Source of the DNA: a candidate division TA06 bacterium JGI_Cruoil_03_38_101
GTDB taxonomy: Bacteria; Hydrothermota; UBA3072
Assembly (NCBI GenBank): GCA_002215665.1
Contig: NGFL01000001.1
Coordinates: forward strand, 2,597-57,074
DNA: 54,478 nucleotides
Reading direction: 5' to 3'
The notes beneath the pieces are model-generated. The model searched no databases and was not told where the DNA came from. It saw only the letters and a program-made list of their open reading frames with translations. Shown piece by piece: positions 38,976-47,913 of the stretch. The position numbers were made by a program, and so were the translations under genes. Each line of letters begins with the position of its first letter. Positions within the stretch are counted from its first letter, which is position 1.

Positions 38976-41343
38976 CTAATTTCGTTTAAAAATTAAGTTC
39001 CCGTCCTTCGCATCTATTAGAACCTCTCCTTCCTTTATCTCACCGTTTATTAGCTTTGAAGATAAAGGTGTTTCTATTAATCTCTGGATAGTTCTCTTTA
39101 AAGGTCTTGCTCCAAAGGTTCTATCGTATCCCTTTCTTGCTAAAAGATCCTTTGCTTCGTTGGTTACCTTTAACTCAATTCCTGATTCGGCGATCCTCTT
39201 TGAAAGATCCCCAATGAGGATATCGACGATTTCTTTCACATTGTCTGGAGTGAGGGATTTGAAGATAATGATATCGTCAATTCTATTCAGAAATTCCGGT
39301 CTCATTTTGAGTCGCAGTTGTTCAGTAACCTTTTCTTCAAGGAGTTTATAGTTATCTGCAAGGTCCTGAATGATATCAGATGCTATGTTGGATGTCATTA
39401 TGTTAATTGTATTGGTGAAATTAACCGTTCTTCCCTTTCCATCAGTGAGTCTTCCATCATCCAGTATCTGAAGAAGGATGTTAAATACCTCGGGATGAGC
39501 CTTTTCTATCTCATCATAGAGAATTACTCTATAAGGTCTCCTTCTCACAGCCTCTGTAAGATATCCACCTTCTTCATATCCAACATAACCAGGAGGTGCT
39601 CCTATGAGTCTTGCAACAGAGTACCTCTCCATAAATTCACTCATATCCACCCTAACAAGAGCATCTTCTGAATCAAAAAGAATCCAGGCAAGAACCTTTG
39701 CAAGTTCTGTCTTCCCAACACCAGTGGGTCCCAGAAAGATAAATGAACCTATTGGCCTTTTTGGATCTGAGAGACCGGATCGGGCTCTCCTAATGGCATT
39801 GGCAATGGCTGCTACTGCTTCCTCTTGATCTACTATTCGTTTGTGAATCTCTTCTTCCAGGTGTGTTAATTTATGTTTTTCCTTCTCCAGCATTTTACTT
39901 ACTGGTATTCCTGTCCAGTCTGATACAATTAGAGCTATATCCTCATCAGTGAGAGGCTCATCCACTGGATGTTCCTTATTCCATTTTTCCTTTCCACTTA
40001 AATACTCTTTTCTGACTCCTTCCTCTTCTTCCATAGTTTTATGGGCTGCCCTATAGTCCCCTTCATCTGCAAGTTTCTTTGCTTCTTCCTGAAGACTTTT
40101 GATCTTTTCTTTCTGACTCTTCAAGTCTTCAGGAGGATTTGTTTTTTCCAGTTGTCTTTTTGCACAACCTTCATCAAGGAGATCGATTGCCTTGTCTGGC
40201 AAGAATCTGTCTGTTATGTATCTTTTTGATAATTTGACTGCTGCATCGATTGCGCTGTCATCGATCTTCACATTATGATGTTTTTCATAACTATCTTTAA
40301 GGCCATTTAGTATTTGAATGGAATCTATAACGGATGGTTCTTCTACCCAGACTGGTTGGAATCTCCTCTCAAGAGCTGGATCTTTTTCTATATGTTTTCT
40401 ATATTCTGAAACAGTGGTGGCCCCAATTGTTTTCATTGCGCCTCTCGCCAGGTAAGGTTTCATCATATTCGATGCGTCCATAGCGCCTTCTGCTGCTCCT
40501 GCCCCGACGACAGTATGAATTTCATCAATAAATAGGATGAACTCGTCCTTCTTCTTCTCAAATTCCTCCATTATTGCCTTCAAGCGGTCTTCGAATTCTC
40601 CTCTGAATTTCGTTCCAGCAATAAGACCCCCTAAATCGAGTTGGAGAATTCTCCTCCCTTTGAGGAGATCCGGAACTTTTCCGACGTTGATACGCTGGGC
40701 TAGACCTTCAACAATTGCCGTCTTTCCTACACCAGCTTCTCCAACAAGAACAGGATTATTCTTTGTCTTCCTTATAAGTATCTGCATTACTCTTTTTATT
40801 TCCTTTTCTCTATCTATAACTGGATCTCCAATCTCTTCGGTCAAGTCGCTTGTATATTTTTCAAGGATCTTGTATTTACTTTCAGCATCTGGCTCTTCTA
40901 TCCTTTTTTCTCCCCTCACATTCTTGAGAGAAGTATATATATTTTCTTTATTTATCCCAAATGTAGAAAGAATCTCCCCGGCTTTTCCTCTATCATCTGT
41001 TAATGCGAGAAGAATGTGTTCTGTTCCAATATATTTATCCTTCAGTCTTCTGGCTTCCTCCCAGGCATTATCAAGAACCCTGTTTGCCTCAGAAGAGAGG
41101 TATGCCTGGGTGCTACCATAGGCTTTTGGCATTCGATCGAACTCATCGAGAACTCGATTCTTAACCTGATCAAGGTTAATGCCCATATCTTTAATAATGA
41201 GGGGAACTACACCTTCTGGATCGTCAAGAAGTCCGTATAAAAGATGAAGAGGGGTAAGTTCTGAATGATTGAATTTAGAAAGAGAGGATTGAGCAATAAA
41301 AAGAGCTTCCTTTGCCTTTTCAGTAAGTCTATCTTCTCTTATT
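38976..41343 (-). CDS. ClpB/ClpC-family AAA+ chaperone; N-terminal 22 codons are in another frame (1-nt disruption at 41279-41282) and there is no canonical start codon
   Basis: Two AAA+ modules (GEAGVGKTAIVEGLA, GPTGVGKTELAK). The middle domain is short and ClpC-like. I saw no ClpP-docking IGF-type loop. Frame A from ATA 41343 gives REDRLTEKAKEALFIAQSSL; frame B gives SKFNHSELTPLHLLYGLLDD. Together these form a normal Clp N-domain. Confidence 0.85.
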
Positions 41344-41400
41344 TTTCCTCCTTAATTTTTTTATAAACCTGTTAAATTTTACCTCTATTTTCATAATTTT

Positions 41401-41428
41401 ATTATAGAAAATATTGCCGTTTTGTCAA
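41401..41428 (-). promoter_or_regulatory. consensus sigma70 promoter TTGACA-N16-TATAAT upstream of the Clp ATPase
   Basis: Reverse complement of 41423-41428 is TTGACA and of 41401-41406 is TATAAT. Confidence 0.65.
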
Positions 41429-41524
41429 CTCTCGGGGAAATGATACTACAAAATTTTAGGAATTAAAAAAAAATTTATAAAAACACTTGACATTTGTTCC
41501 ATAATTCATTACAAATATATAACA

Positions 41525-42424
41525 ATGAAGAAATGGACATTGATATTTAATAGTGGTAGAGAAGTGAGATGTTTTTCAATATCAGAAGGATTGATTTTTT
41601 TAATTTTTATTTTTCTCGGTTTACTTGCTGGTGCCTTTTCCTATACAATTATTGAGGGAAACAAGAAGAAAGCCCTAGTCAAGGAATATGAAGAACTCAA
41701 AGTAGAAAATAAAAATAGCCTTGCAAAAATCAAGGAGGTAAAAACAGATGTCTACTACCTTCAGGAGAACCTAGAAAAGATAGGATGGAATAATACATTG
41801 CTCTTACTTGCAAGTGAATTAAAACCTGTGAGTAAATCTGTGAAACAAATGGGTGTTGGTGGTTTTCCTGAGAGTAAAAAATTCTATTACAGTGAAATAG
41901 ATTCCAGTGTAAAAGAAGTTGAGAGGCAGGTAAATAAAGTACAAAACCTTATTAGCCTTGAGGGGAAATCTCTCGAAGAATCAAGAGAAAAATTAGACAA
42001 GCTCAAGAGACAACTTTCTCATACCCCTTCAATCTGGCCGACCTACGGTTGGGTTAGCTCTGGTTTTGGGTGGAGAATCCATCCTATAACCAAGAAGCGT
42101 GAGTTTCATACAGGTTGTGATATAGCAAATCTCCAGGGAACCCCGGTGGTCGCAACTGCCGATGGGATTGTAACTTCTACTAAGTGGAGAAATGGTTTCG
42201 GGAGAACAGTACTAATCGATCATGGGTATGGGTTTCTGACAAGATACGCTCATCTTAAGGATATCTATGTAAGGAAAGGGCAAAAGGTTAAAAGGAGACA
42301 GAGAATTGGTGCTATAGGTTCAACGGGATTAGTTACTGGACCACACCTCCATTATGAAGTTAGGGTACTCGGTCACGCTGTAAACCCCTCTGATTATTTA
42401 GATACCTTTAAGAGCACTTATTAG
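41525..42424 (+). CDS. M23 family metallopeptidase with N-terminal TM helix and coiled coil (EnvC/LytM-like)
   Basis: HTGCDIA (HxxxD) and GPHLHYEV (HxH) catalytic motifs. Confidence 0.85.
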   Translation: MKKWTLIFNSGREVRCFSISEGLIFLIFIFLGLLAGAFSYTIIEGNKKKALVKEYEELKVENKNSLAKIKEVKTDVYYLQENLEKIGWNNTLLLLASELKPVSKSVKQMGVGGFPESKKFYYSEIDSSVKEVERQVNKVQNLISLEGKSLEESREKLDKLKRQLSHTPSIWPTYGWVSSGFGWRIHPITKKREFHTGCDIANLQGTPVVATADGIVTSTKWRNGFGRTVLIDHGYGFLTRYAHLKDIYVRKGQKVKRRQRIGAIGSTGLVTGPHLHYEVRVLGHAVNPSDYLDTFKSTY

Positions 42425-42436
42425 TATAATTTATCC

Positions 42437-43195
42437 GTGATAACAGTTAGCTCCTTATCTATAAAAAGAGGCGGGAAGATTGTTATCCATGATTTTGATT
42501 TTTCTTGGCATAGAGGTGAAAAGTTAGTTCTCCTTGGACCAAATGGTGCCGGTAAGAGTAGTTTTGCTTTAGCCCTTTCAGGGATGATAAGTATAGAATC
42601 TGGAGAAATCCTCATAGATTCAGAGCCAATTTCCGATTATGATCTTCCATCTCTTCGAAAAAAAATTGGTATAGTCTTTCAAGATCCTGAATCTCAATTT
42701 GTTACAAATGATGTCCGACAAGAAATAGCATTTGGTTTGAGTAACATCAAACTTACCAGAGAAGAGATAAAAACTAGAGTAGAGACTATTATTAACAACT
42801 TTACTTTAAATGAATTAACCAGTCGTGACCCTTTGAAACTTTCAGGCGGGGAAAAGCAATTAGTAGCAATTGCAAGTATCTGTGCTATGTCACCAGATTA
42901 TTTAATTTTCGATGAGGTTACTTCCCTTCTCGATAGAGCAACCCGTGAGAGAATATATCGATTGTGGGAGGAATCTTCTTTATCTCTTCTAATCATAACA
43001 CAAAATTTTGATGAGATAAAATATGGAGATAAGGTGATTTTAATAGAGAATGGGGAAATAAGTTTTGAATCATCGGCAACGGATTTAAAAGAGAAGTCTC
43101 TTATTACCACAGACGAAATTATATTTAAGAGATTATTAGAAAAAAATAAAGAAAGTATCCCTCAATATGAACGAATTCTGGAGATTTTAGGATGA
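42437..43195 (+). CDS. ABC ATPase, energy-coupling-factor (EcfA/CbiO)-like
   Basis: GPNGAGKSS Walker A, LSGGEKQLVAIA signature and LIFDEVTSLLD Walker B. GTG start. Confidence 0.8.
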   Translation: MITVSSLSIKRGGKIVIHDFDFSWHRGEKLVLLGPNGAGKSSFALALSGMISIESGEILIDSEPISDYDLPSLRKKIGIVFQDPESQFVTNDVRQEIAFGLSNIKLTREEIKTRVETIINNFTLNELTSRDPLKLSGGEKQLVAIASICAMSPDYLIFDEVTSLLDRATRERIYRLWEESSLSLLIITQNFDEIKYGDKVILIENGEISFESSATDLKEKSLITTDEIIFKRLLEKNKESIPQYERILEILG

Positions 43196-43968
43196 TTATT
43201 TTAAAGAATGTAAGTTTTGATTACGAAAGTTCTCCGGTTTTAAAGAATTGTTCTATTACTTTTCCCTCAAATGAGGTTCATCTTATACTGGGTCCCACTG
43301 GAGTCGGCAAAACAACCCTTGCCCTAATTCTTGCTCGGCTATTGAAGCCAAAAAGTGGAAGAGTGATCTTTCCACGTGGTAATATTGAAAATCTTTGCAG
43401 AGAAATAGGTTTTTTGTTCCAATTCCCAGAAGATCTCTTTTTTAATGATACCGTTTACGAGGAGCTTGCCTATGGTGCAAAGAAACACAACCTTAAGGAA
43501 ATAGATGAGAGAGTTTCTCGTGTTCTTAAGCTGGTTGGCTTGGAGAAAGAAATTCTTTCAGGGTCACCATTTGACCTATCTTTTGGTGAAAAGAGACTGG
43601 TAGCTCTTGCTTCGATCCTTATCTGTGATCCCTCCTGGTTGATTCTTGATGAGCCTTTTTGTGACCTTGACTGGCAACTGAGAGAAAAGATTGCAAAAAC
43701 GATTGAGAAATTAAAAGGAAAGGTTGGGATAATCATTATAACACACAACCTAGATGACATCATTGAATATGTAGACAGGGTTAGTTTACTTGTAGATGGC
43801 AGGGTAGCCTTTACATCACTTCCCGAAGAAGTGGAATGGGATGAAGTAATGAAGGTCGGTTGTGACATCCCCAGAGCCGTGTTGATCGCAAAAAAACTGA
43901 GAGAAAATGGAATTGATGTTTCTCTTGAGTGGTCAATACCCCGCTTGGTTAAAGCATTAAAGGAATAA
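43192..43968 (+). CDS. ABC ATPase, energy-coupling-factor (EcfA')-like
   Basis: GPTGVGKTT Walker A, LSFGEKRLVALA signature and LILDEPFCDLD Walker B. 4-nt overlap with the previous ATPase. Confidence 0.8.
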   Translation: MIILKNVSFDYESSPVLKNCSITFPSNEVHLILGPTGVGKTTLALILARLLKPKSGRVIFPRGNIENLCREIGFLFQFPEDLFFNDTVYEELAYGAKKHNLKEIDERVSRVLKLVGLEKEILSGSPFDLSFGEKRLVALASILICDPSWLILDEPFCDLDWQLREKIAKTIEKLKGKVGIIIITHNLDDIIEYVDRVSLLVDGRVAFTSLPEEVEWDEVMKVGCDIPRAVLIAKKLRENGIDVSLEWSIPRLVKALKE

Positions 43969-43975
43969 CTTTTTC

Positions 43976-44941
43976 TTACTTATTTCTTATCTTTCTTTTT
44001 GCCTTTATGTGTTCCTCATAAGTTTCTGTGAAGATGTGGTCACCTTTTCCCGTTGCTACATAGTAATAATAATCAGTCTTTGCTGGATGGAGAGCTGCAA
44101 GAATCGATTGATATCCTGGGTTTGCGATTGGTCCTGGAGGAAGCCCACGATGTTGATATGTGTTATAAGGAGATTGCACCTTTAAATCCCTATAATAGAC
44201 CCTAGCTTTATGTTGTCCAAGTGCAAAAAGAATTGTTGCGTCGATCTGGAGTGGCATCCTCTTTTTTAGTCTGTTGTAGATCACGGAGGCAATCAAGGGT
44301 TTTTCAAAGCCAACCATTGCTTCCTTCTCAATCAGGGAAGCTATCGTAAGTATCTGATGAGTATTGAATTCCATTGAGCCAATCATTATTCTATCATTAG
44401 GTTTTAATATAGAAAACATACGATAAACCATTTTTTTTAAAACCTGTTCTGGTTCCTCACTCATATAGAAGATATAAGTGTCCGGAAAGAGGTAGCCTTC
44501 CAGGGAATTGGCATCTATTCCAAGAGTTAAGATAAAATTTCTATTGTGGATTAGGAAATCCATTTTCTTTACATCCATATCCGTCTGTCTTTCTAAAAGA
44601 TTGAGAATCTGGTATGCTCTTAAACCTTCAAGAATAGTTACCTTCACGGTCATCCGTTTTCCTTTGGATAAAATTTCAAGAACGGAACGAGGATTTTCAT
44701 AGATATTCAATTTATACCATCCATAGGAGAGATTCAAATTTTTTTTAGATAAAAGGACGAGAATCTTAAATCCGTATGGGTCCTGGATTACTCTTGCTTT
44801 TGTAAGTTTCTTTATAATTTTATCAAGATTCTCCCCTTTATTTACTTTTATCACTACCTCCTTATTATAGATTGGAAAGGTTATAGGTAATAAGAGGATC
44901 CCAATAACTATTGGAATAAAAGATAATTTAATTCTCAGCAA
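43976..44941 (-). CDS. mltG: endolytic murein transglycosylase MltG (YceG-like)
   Basis: N-terminal TM helix, SLIEKEA, SVIYNRL, QIDATILFA and YNTYQHRGLPPGPIANPG motifs. Confidence 0.88.
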   Translation of the reverse strand: MLRIKLSFIPIVIGILLLPITFPIYNKEVVIKVNKGENLDKIIKKLTKARVIQDPYGFKILVLLSKKNLNLSYGWYKLNIYENPRSVLEILSKGKRMTVKVTILEGLRAYQILNLLERQTDMDVKKMDFLIHNRNFILTLGIDANSLEGYLFPDTYIFYMSEEPEQVLKKMVYRMFSILKPNDRIMIGSMEFNTHQILTIASLIEKEAMVGFEKPLIASVIYNRLKKRMPLQIDATILFALGQHKARVYYRDLKVQSPYNTYQHRGLPPGPIANPGYQSILAALHPAKTDYYYYVATGKGDHIFTETYEEHIKAKRKIRNK

Positions 44942-45320
44942 GAAAACCTCGCAGAATTAGTGTAGCAGATATTCTATCAATCAGTCTTTTATCCTTTACC
45001 TTCTTCATTTTTGAAGCGATTTTCATTGCTTCTTTTGTTGTAAAGCGCTCATCTTGAAGATGTACCGGGAGAACAACTTCACTCTGGATCTTTTCCTTTA
45101 TCTTTTGTACCATTTTTGCTCTCTGTCCGATTTTGCCTTTTGTTGTTAAAGGAAATCCAAGAACCAGACCTTGAATCTCGTATTCATCTTTTAATTTCCT
45201 TAACTCCTCTATCAAATTTTTAGTCTGGACCGTTTTTTTTGGCTCTACAATACCTAAACCATCGGTCATTGCAATGCCTGACCATTTTCTTCCAATATCA
45301 AGACCAATCCAGCGTTTCAT
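44928..45320 (-). CDS. ruvX: Holliday junction resolvase-like RNase RuvX (YqgF)
   Basis: IGLDIGRKWSGIAMTD and DERFTTKEA motifs; 130 aa. Confidence 0.88.
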   Translation of the reverse strand: MKRWIGLDIGRKWSGIAMTDGLGIVEPKKTVQTKNLIEELRKLKDEYEIQGLVLGFPLTTKGKIGQRAKMVQKIKEKIQSEVVLPVHLQDERFTTKEAMKIASKMKKVKDKRLIDRISATLILRGFLAEN

Positions 45321-45464
45321 AATCTATTATAATATTTTTCTTTGATTTTTCAAGTTAAACAATCTTCATCATAATAAATGGCAAGATATCTTAGAGTTGA
45401 CAACTATTAAGGCCCTGTTATTTTTAAATAAAAGTAAAATAAAACTTAAAAAAGGGAGGTTTAT

Positions 45465-46178
45465 ATGGTTGCTATAAGAAATTTACAGATACTACCAATG
45501 ATCTTTGTAATTGGTAGTATATTAATTCCGCTTTTAGAAATTCAGGGAGCAGGTAGAATGAGTGAGGCGAGTTCTAAAGAGGGAAAGATCAAACTACCTG
45601 AGCCTCGATTTGAAAGTCCTGTGTCTATAGAGGAAGTTCTCTTTAAAAGAAGATCTATAAGGAGGTATAAAGATAAGAATCTTAAACTCAGTGAAATTTC
45701 TCAATTACTCTGGGCAGCTCAGGGAATTACTGATAAGAAAAGAGGTTTGAGAACCGCTCCTTCAGCTGGAGCTCTTTATCCTCTTGAAGTTTATTTAGCA
45801 GTGGGAAATGTTTCTGGTGTGCCCTTTGGAATTTATAAGTATAAACCCCGAAATCATGAAATTGTGAAGATTAAAGAAGGGGATTTGAGATCGGAGATAT
45901 CCAGAGCTGCCTTAAGACAATCCTGTGTGGAAAAAGGTGCAGTAGATATTATAATTGTAGGAGTTTACAAACGAACCACACAGAAATATGGAGAAAGAGG
46001 GTTTAGGTATGTCCATATGGAAGCTGGACATGTGGCTCAAAATGTATATTTACAAGCAGTGGCTTTGGGCCTTGGCACAGTAGTTGTTGGAGCTTTTCAA
46101 GATGAGATGTTAAAAAAGGTTTTAAATATGCCTGATGGAGAATTTCCTTTATATATAATGCCGGTTGGAAGAAAATAA
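45465..46178 (+). CDS. SagB/ThcOx-type nitroreductase-fold dehydrogenase with N-terminal signal-like hydrophobic segment
   Basis: RRSIRRY, LLWAAQGIT...RTAPSAGALYPLEVY and HMEAGHVAQNVYLQAVALGLG motifs. A candidate TTGACA-N16-TATTTT promoter lies at 45397-45424, followed by SD GGGAGG. Confidence 0.7.
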   Translation: MVAIRNLQILPMIFVIGSILIPLLEIQGAGRMSEASSKEGKIKLPEPRFESPVSIEEVLFKRRSIRRYKDKNLKLSEISQLLWAAQGITDKKRGLRTAPSAGALYPLEVYLAVGNVSGVPFGIYKYKPRNHEIVKIKEGDLRSEISRAALRQSCVEKGAVDIIIVGVYKRTTQKYGERGFRYVHMEAGHVAQNVYLQAVALGLGTVVVGAFQDEMLKKVLNMPDGEFPLYIMPVGRK

Positions 46179-46198
46179 TCAGATAAAAAATTTTAACT

Positions 46199-46849
46199 AT
46201 GTTGAAGAAGAGATGGTCAGACTTTTCTCTGGAAAATTTTGAAAAAATGTATAAAATTATTCCAGAAAAATTAGAAATAAAAAACTCATCCGATTTTTCT
46301 CCTGGGTCTGTAGCGGGTTGTGACGTAAGTTACAGGAATAAAGCCATAGTTTCCTGTGTGGTGTGGAATATTCCCCAGAAGAGAGTTAGCAAAGAGATAA
46401 CGATTACAAGGGAAATACCTGCAGAGTACATTCCGGGTAGGTTTGCCATTAGGGAATTACCTCTTATAGCAGATGCTATTTCTCAAATCTCTATTCCAGT
46501 TGATTGTCTCATCGTTGATGGGCACGGCATTGCTCACCCTGAAAAGGCAGGAATTGCCTGTTTTGTCGGGTTCCTTTTTGATTTGCCAACCATTGGATGT
46601 GCGAAGAATATTTTGGTAGGCGAATACAGAGAGATAGTTAATAAAAGGAGGAAATGGGCTGATATTATCTATAAGGGTGAGAAAGTGGGGGAGACGATTT
46701 GTACAAAAGATAACACCAAACCAATCTTTGTATCACCGGGTTATAAGATAGGTTTTAAGTCTTCAAGGGAACTTGTTTTAAATCTTGCAATAAATAGTAA
46801 ATATCCAGAACCTCTCCGCCTAGCGGATATAAATACGCGATTAAGGTAA
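46199..46849 (+). CDS. nfi: endonuclease V
   Basis: GCDVSY, YIPGRFAIRELP and VDGHGIAHPEKAGIACFVG motifs. Confidence 0.88.
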   Translation: MLKKRWSDFSLENFEKMYKIIPEKLEIKNSSDFSPGSVAGCDVSYRNKAIVSCVVWNIPQKRVSKEITITREIPAEYIPGRFAIRELPLIADAISQISIPVDCLIVDGHGIAHPEKAGIACFVGFLFDLPTIGCAKNILVGEYREIVNKRRKWADIIYKGEKVGETICTKDNTKPIFVSPGYKIGFKSSRELVLNLAINSKYPEPLRLADINTRLR

Positions 46850-47907
46850 TTATAATTCTTTTACAATTTTTAGCATTGATTTACTTACCGGGATATAATT
46901 GTGTCTTTTGTTGACCCATCTCCTCCCTTCAATACCTTTTTCAATTAAGACCTCAGGGTTTGCAAGTATCTCATCCATCACTTCCTCAATATTGTTCTGG
47001 GTTGCATTTATAAAGGGATGATCCTTAAGATAATCCTCGTATTGTGGGTTCATATAGGTAATGCAGGGAATACCCATGGATAAAGCTTCTATTGAATTCA
47101 TTCCGTATCCATACCCTCCAAGATCGGTCAATTGATCAACCAGGAGATCACACCTTTCCCATTTCAAGCGTAAGACCTCTCTGTGAGGCATCGATTCCAT
47201 TAAAAGAAAATCAAAATCGTATTTACCCTTAAGATTTTCTACTGCCTTTATGAGATATTCGGAGCCTTTTAGATAACGATTGGTAGGAGCATGGCAGATA
47301 GTGAGTTTCTCGTTTTTTAACAGTTCTTTACTTTTGAATCTATCGACCTCAAAAGGAAGGAGAAAATGATGGATGTCAGGGTGGATAAAGGTATGATCGA
47401 ATTCTGTTGTGAAAATTACATTTGCCATTTCTTCAATGTGCAGGAGAGCTCCCCTTGTTCTGAGGTCGCTTCCCAGATAAAGAATTACAATCTTCTTACC
47501 CATATTTTTTAAGGATTCTACAATCTTGCCATTTCTTAAGATACCGAGACCCCCATCAAGAAAATAGCAATCAAATGAACGGATAAAATCCATTAGAGGT
47601 CGAACCTTCCAGTCCCAGAGGATATCTCGAAAAAGATAAAAGATTCTTTCAATTTCTTTTGGTTTCCATTCTGGTGGATTGCTTTCCCTGAATCGATGTT
47701 GATAAGTACCGATTTTTGTTAATTTTTTAAAAGAAGAAAGAGGGCTGTGTTCGAAAGAGGCAATTTTAGAACTATATCATCCCAGTGGGATTTTGGGCTT
47801 CTGAAATAGGTAATAAGTCGTGAGTAATGCCCCTGTTTTCTCTCTGCTTTTACCAGAGTTCCCGGGACACCAGCGATATTTTCAGAACTTATATGCAAAA
47901 TCCTCAA
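46850..47907 (-). pseudogene. GT-B (GT1/GT4-like) glycosyltransferase, frame broken by an apparent 1-nt deletion in the T4A6 run (47723-47732)
   Basis: ORF 47719..47907 gives the N-terminal MRILHISSENIAGVPG. The frame of ORF 46850..47593 is open up to 47776 and continues KKLTKIGTYQHRF... into a C-terminal Rossmann half (GGYGYGMNSIEALSMGIPCI). Confidence 0.65.
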
Positions 47908-47913
47908 GGTCTT

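Noticed and set aside
40537-41121. 194-aa + strand ORF inside the Clp ATPase gene, plus similar antisense ORFs (322-906, 1380-1808, 4338-4721, 28640-29068, 38180-38749, 43470-43868, 51531-51761 and others)
   Set aside because: All lie opposite strongly conserved genes. They have low-complexity or hydrophobic nonsense composition and no ribosome-binding sites. These are typical shadow ORFs of an AT-rich genome.
41330-41395. Fusing the clpB-leader uORF to the Clp ATPase through a further indel in the A5 run
   Set aside because: It would add a 17-aa basic extension (MKIEVKFNRFIKKLRRK) before the conserved RLTEKAKEAL opening, and Clp N-domains do not have this. I kept it only as a possible regulatory uORF.
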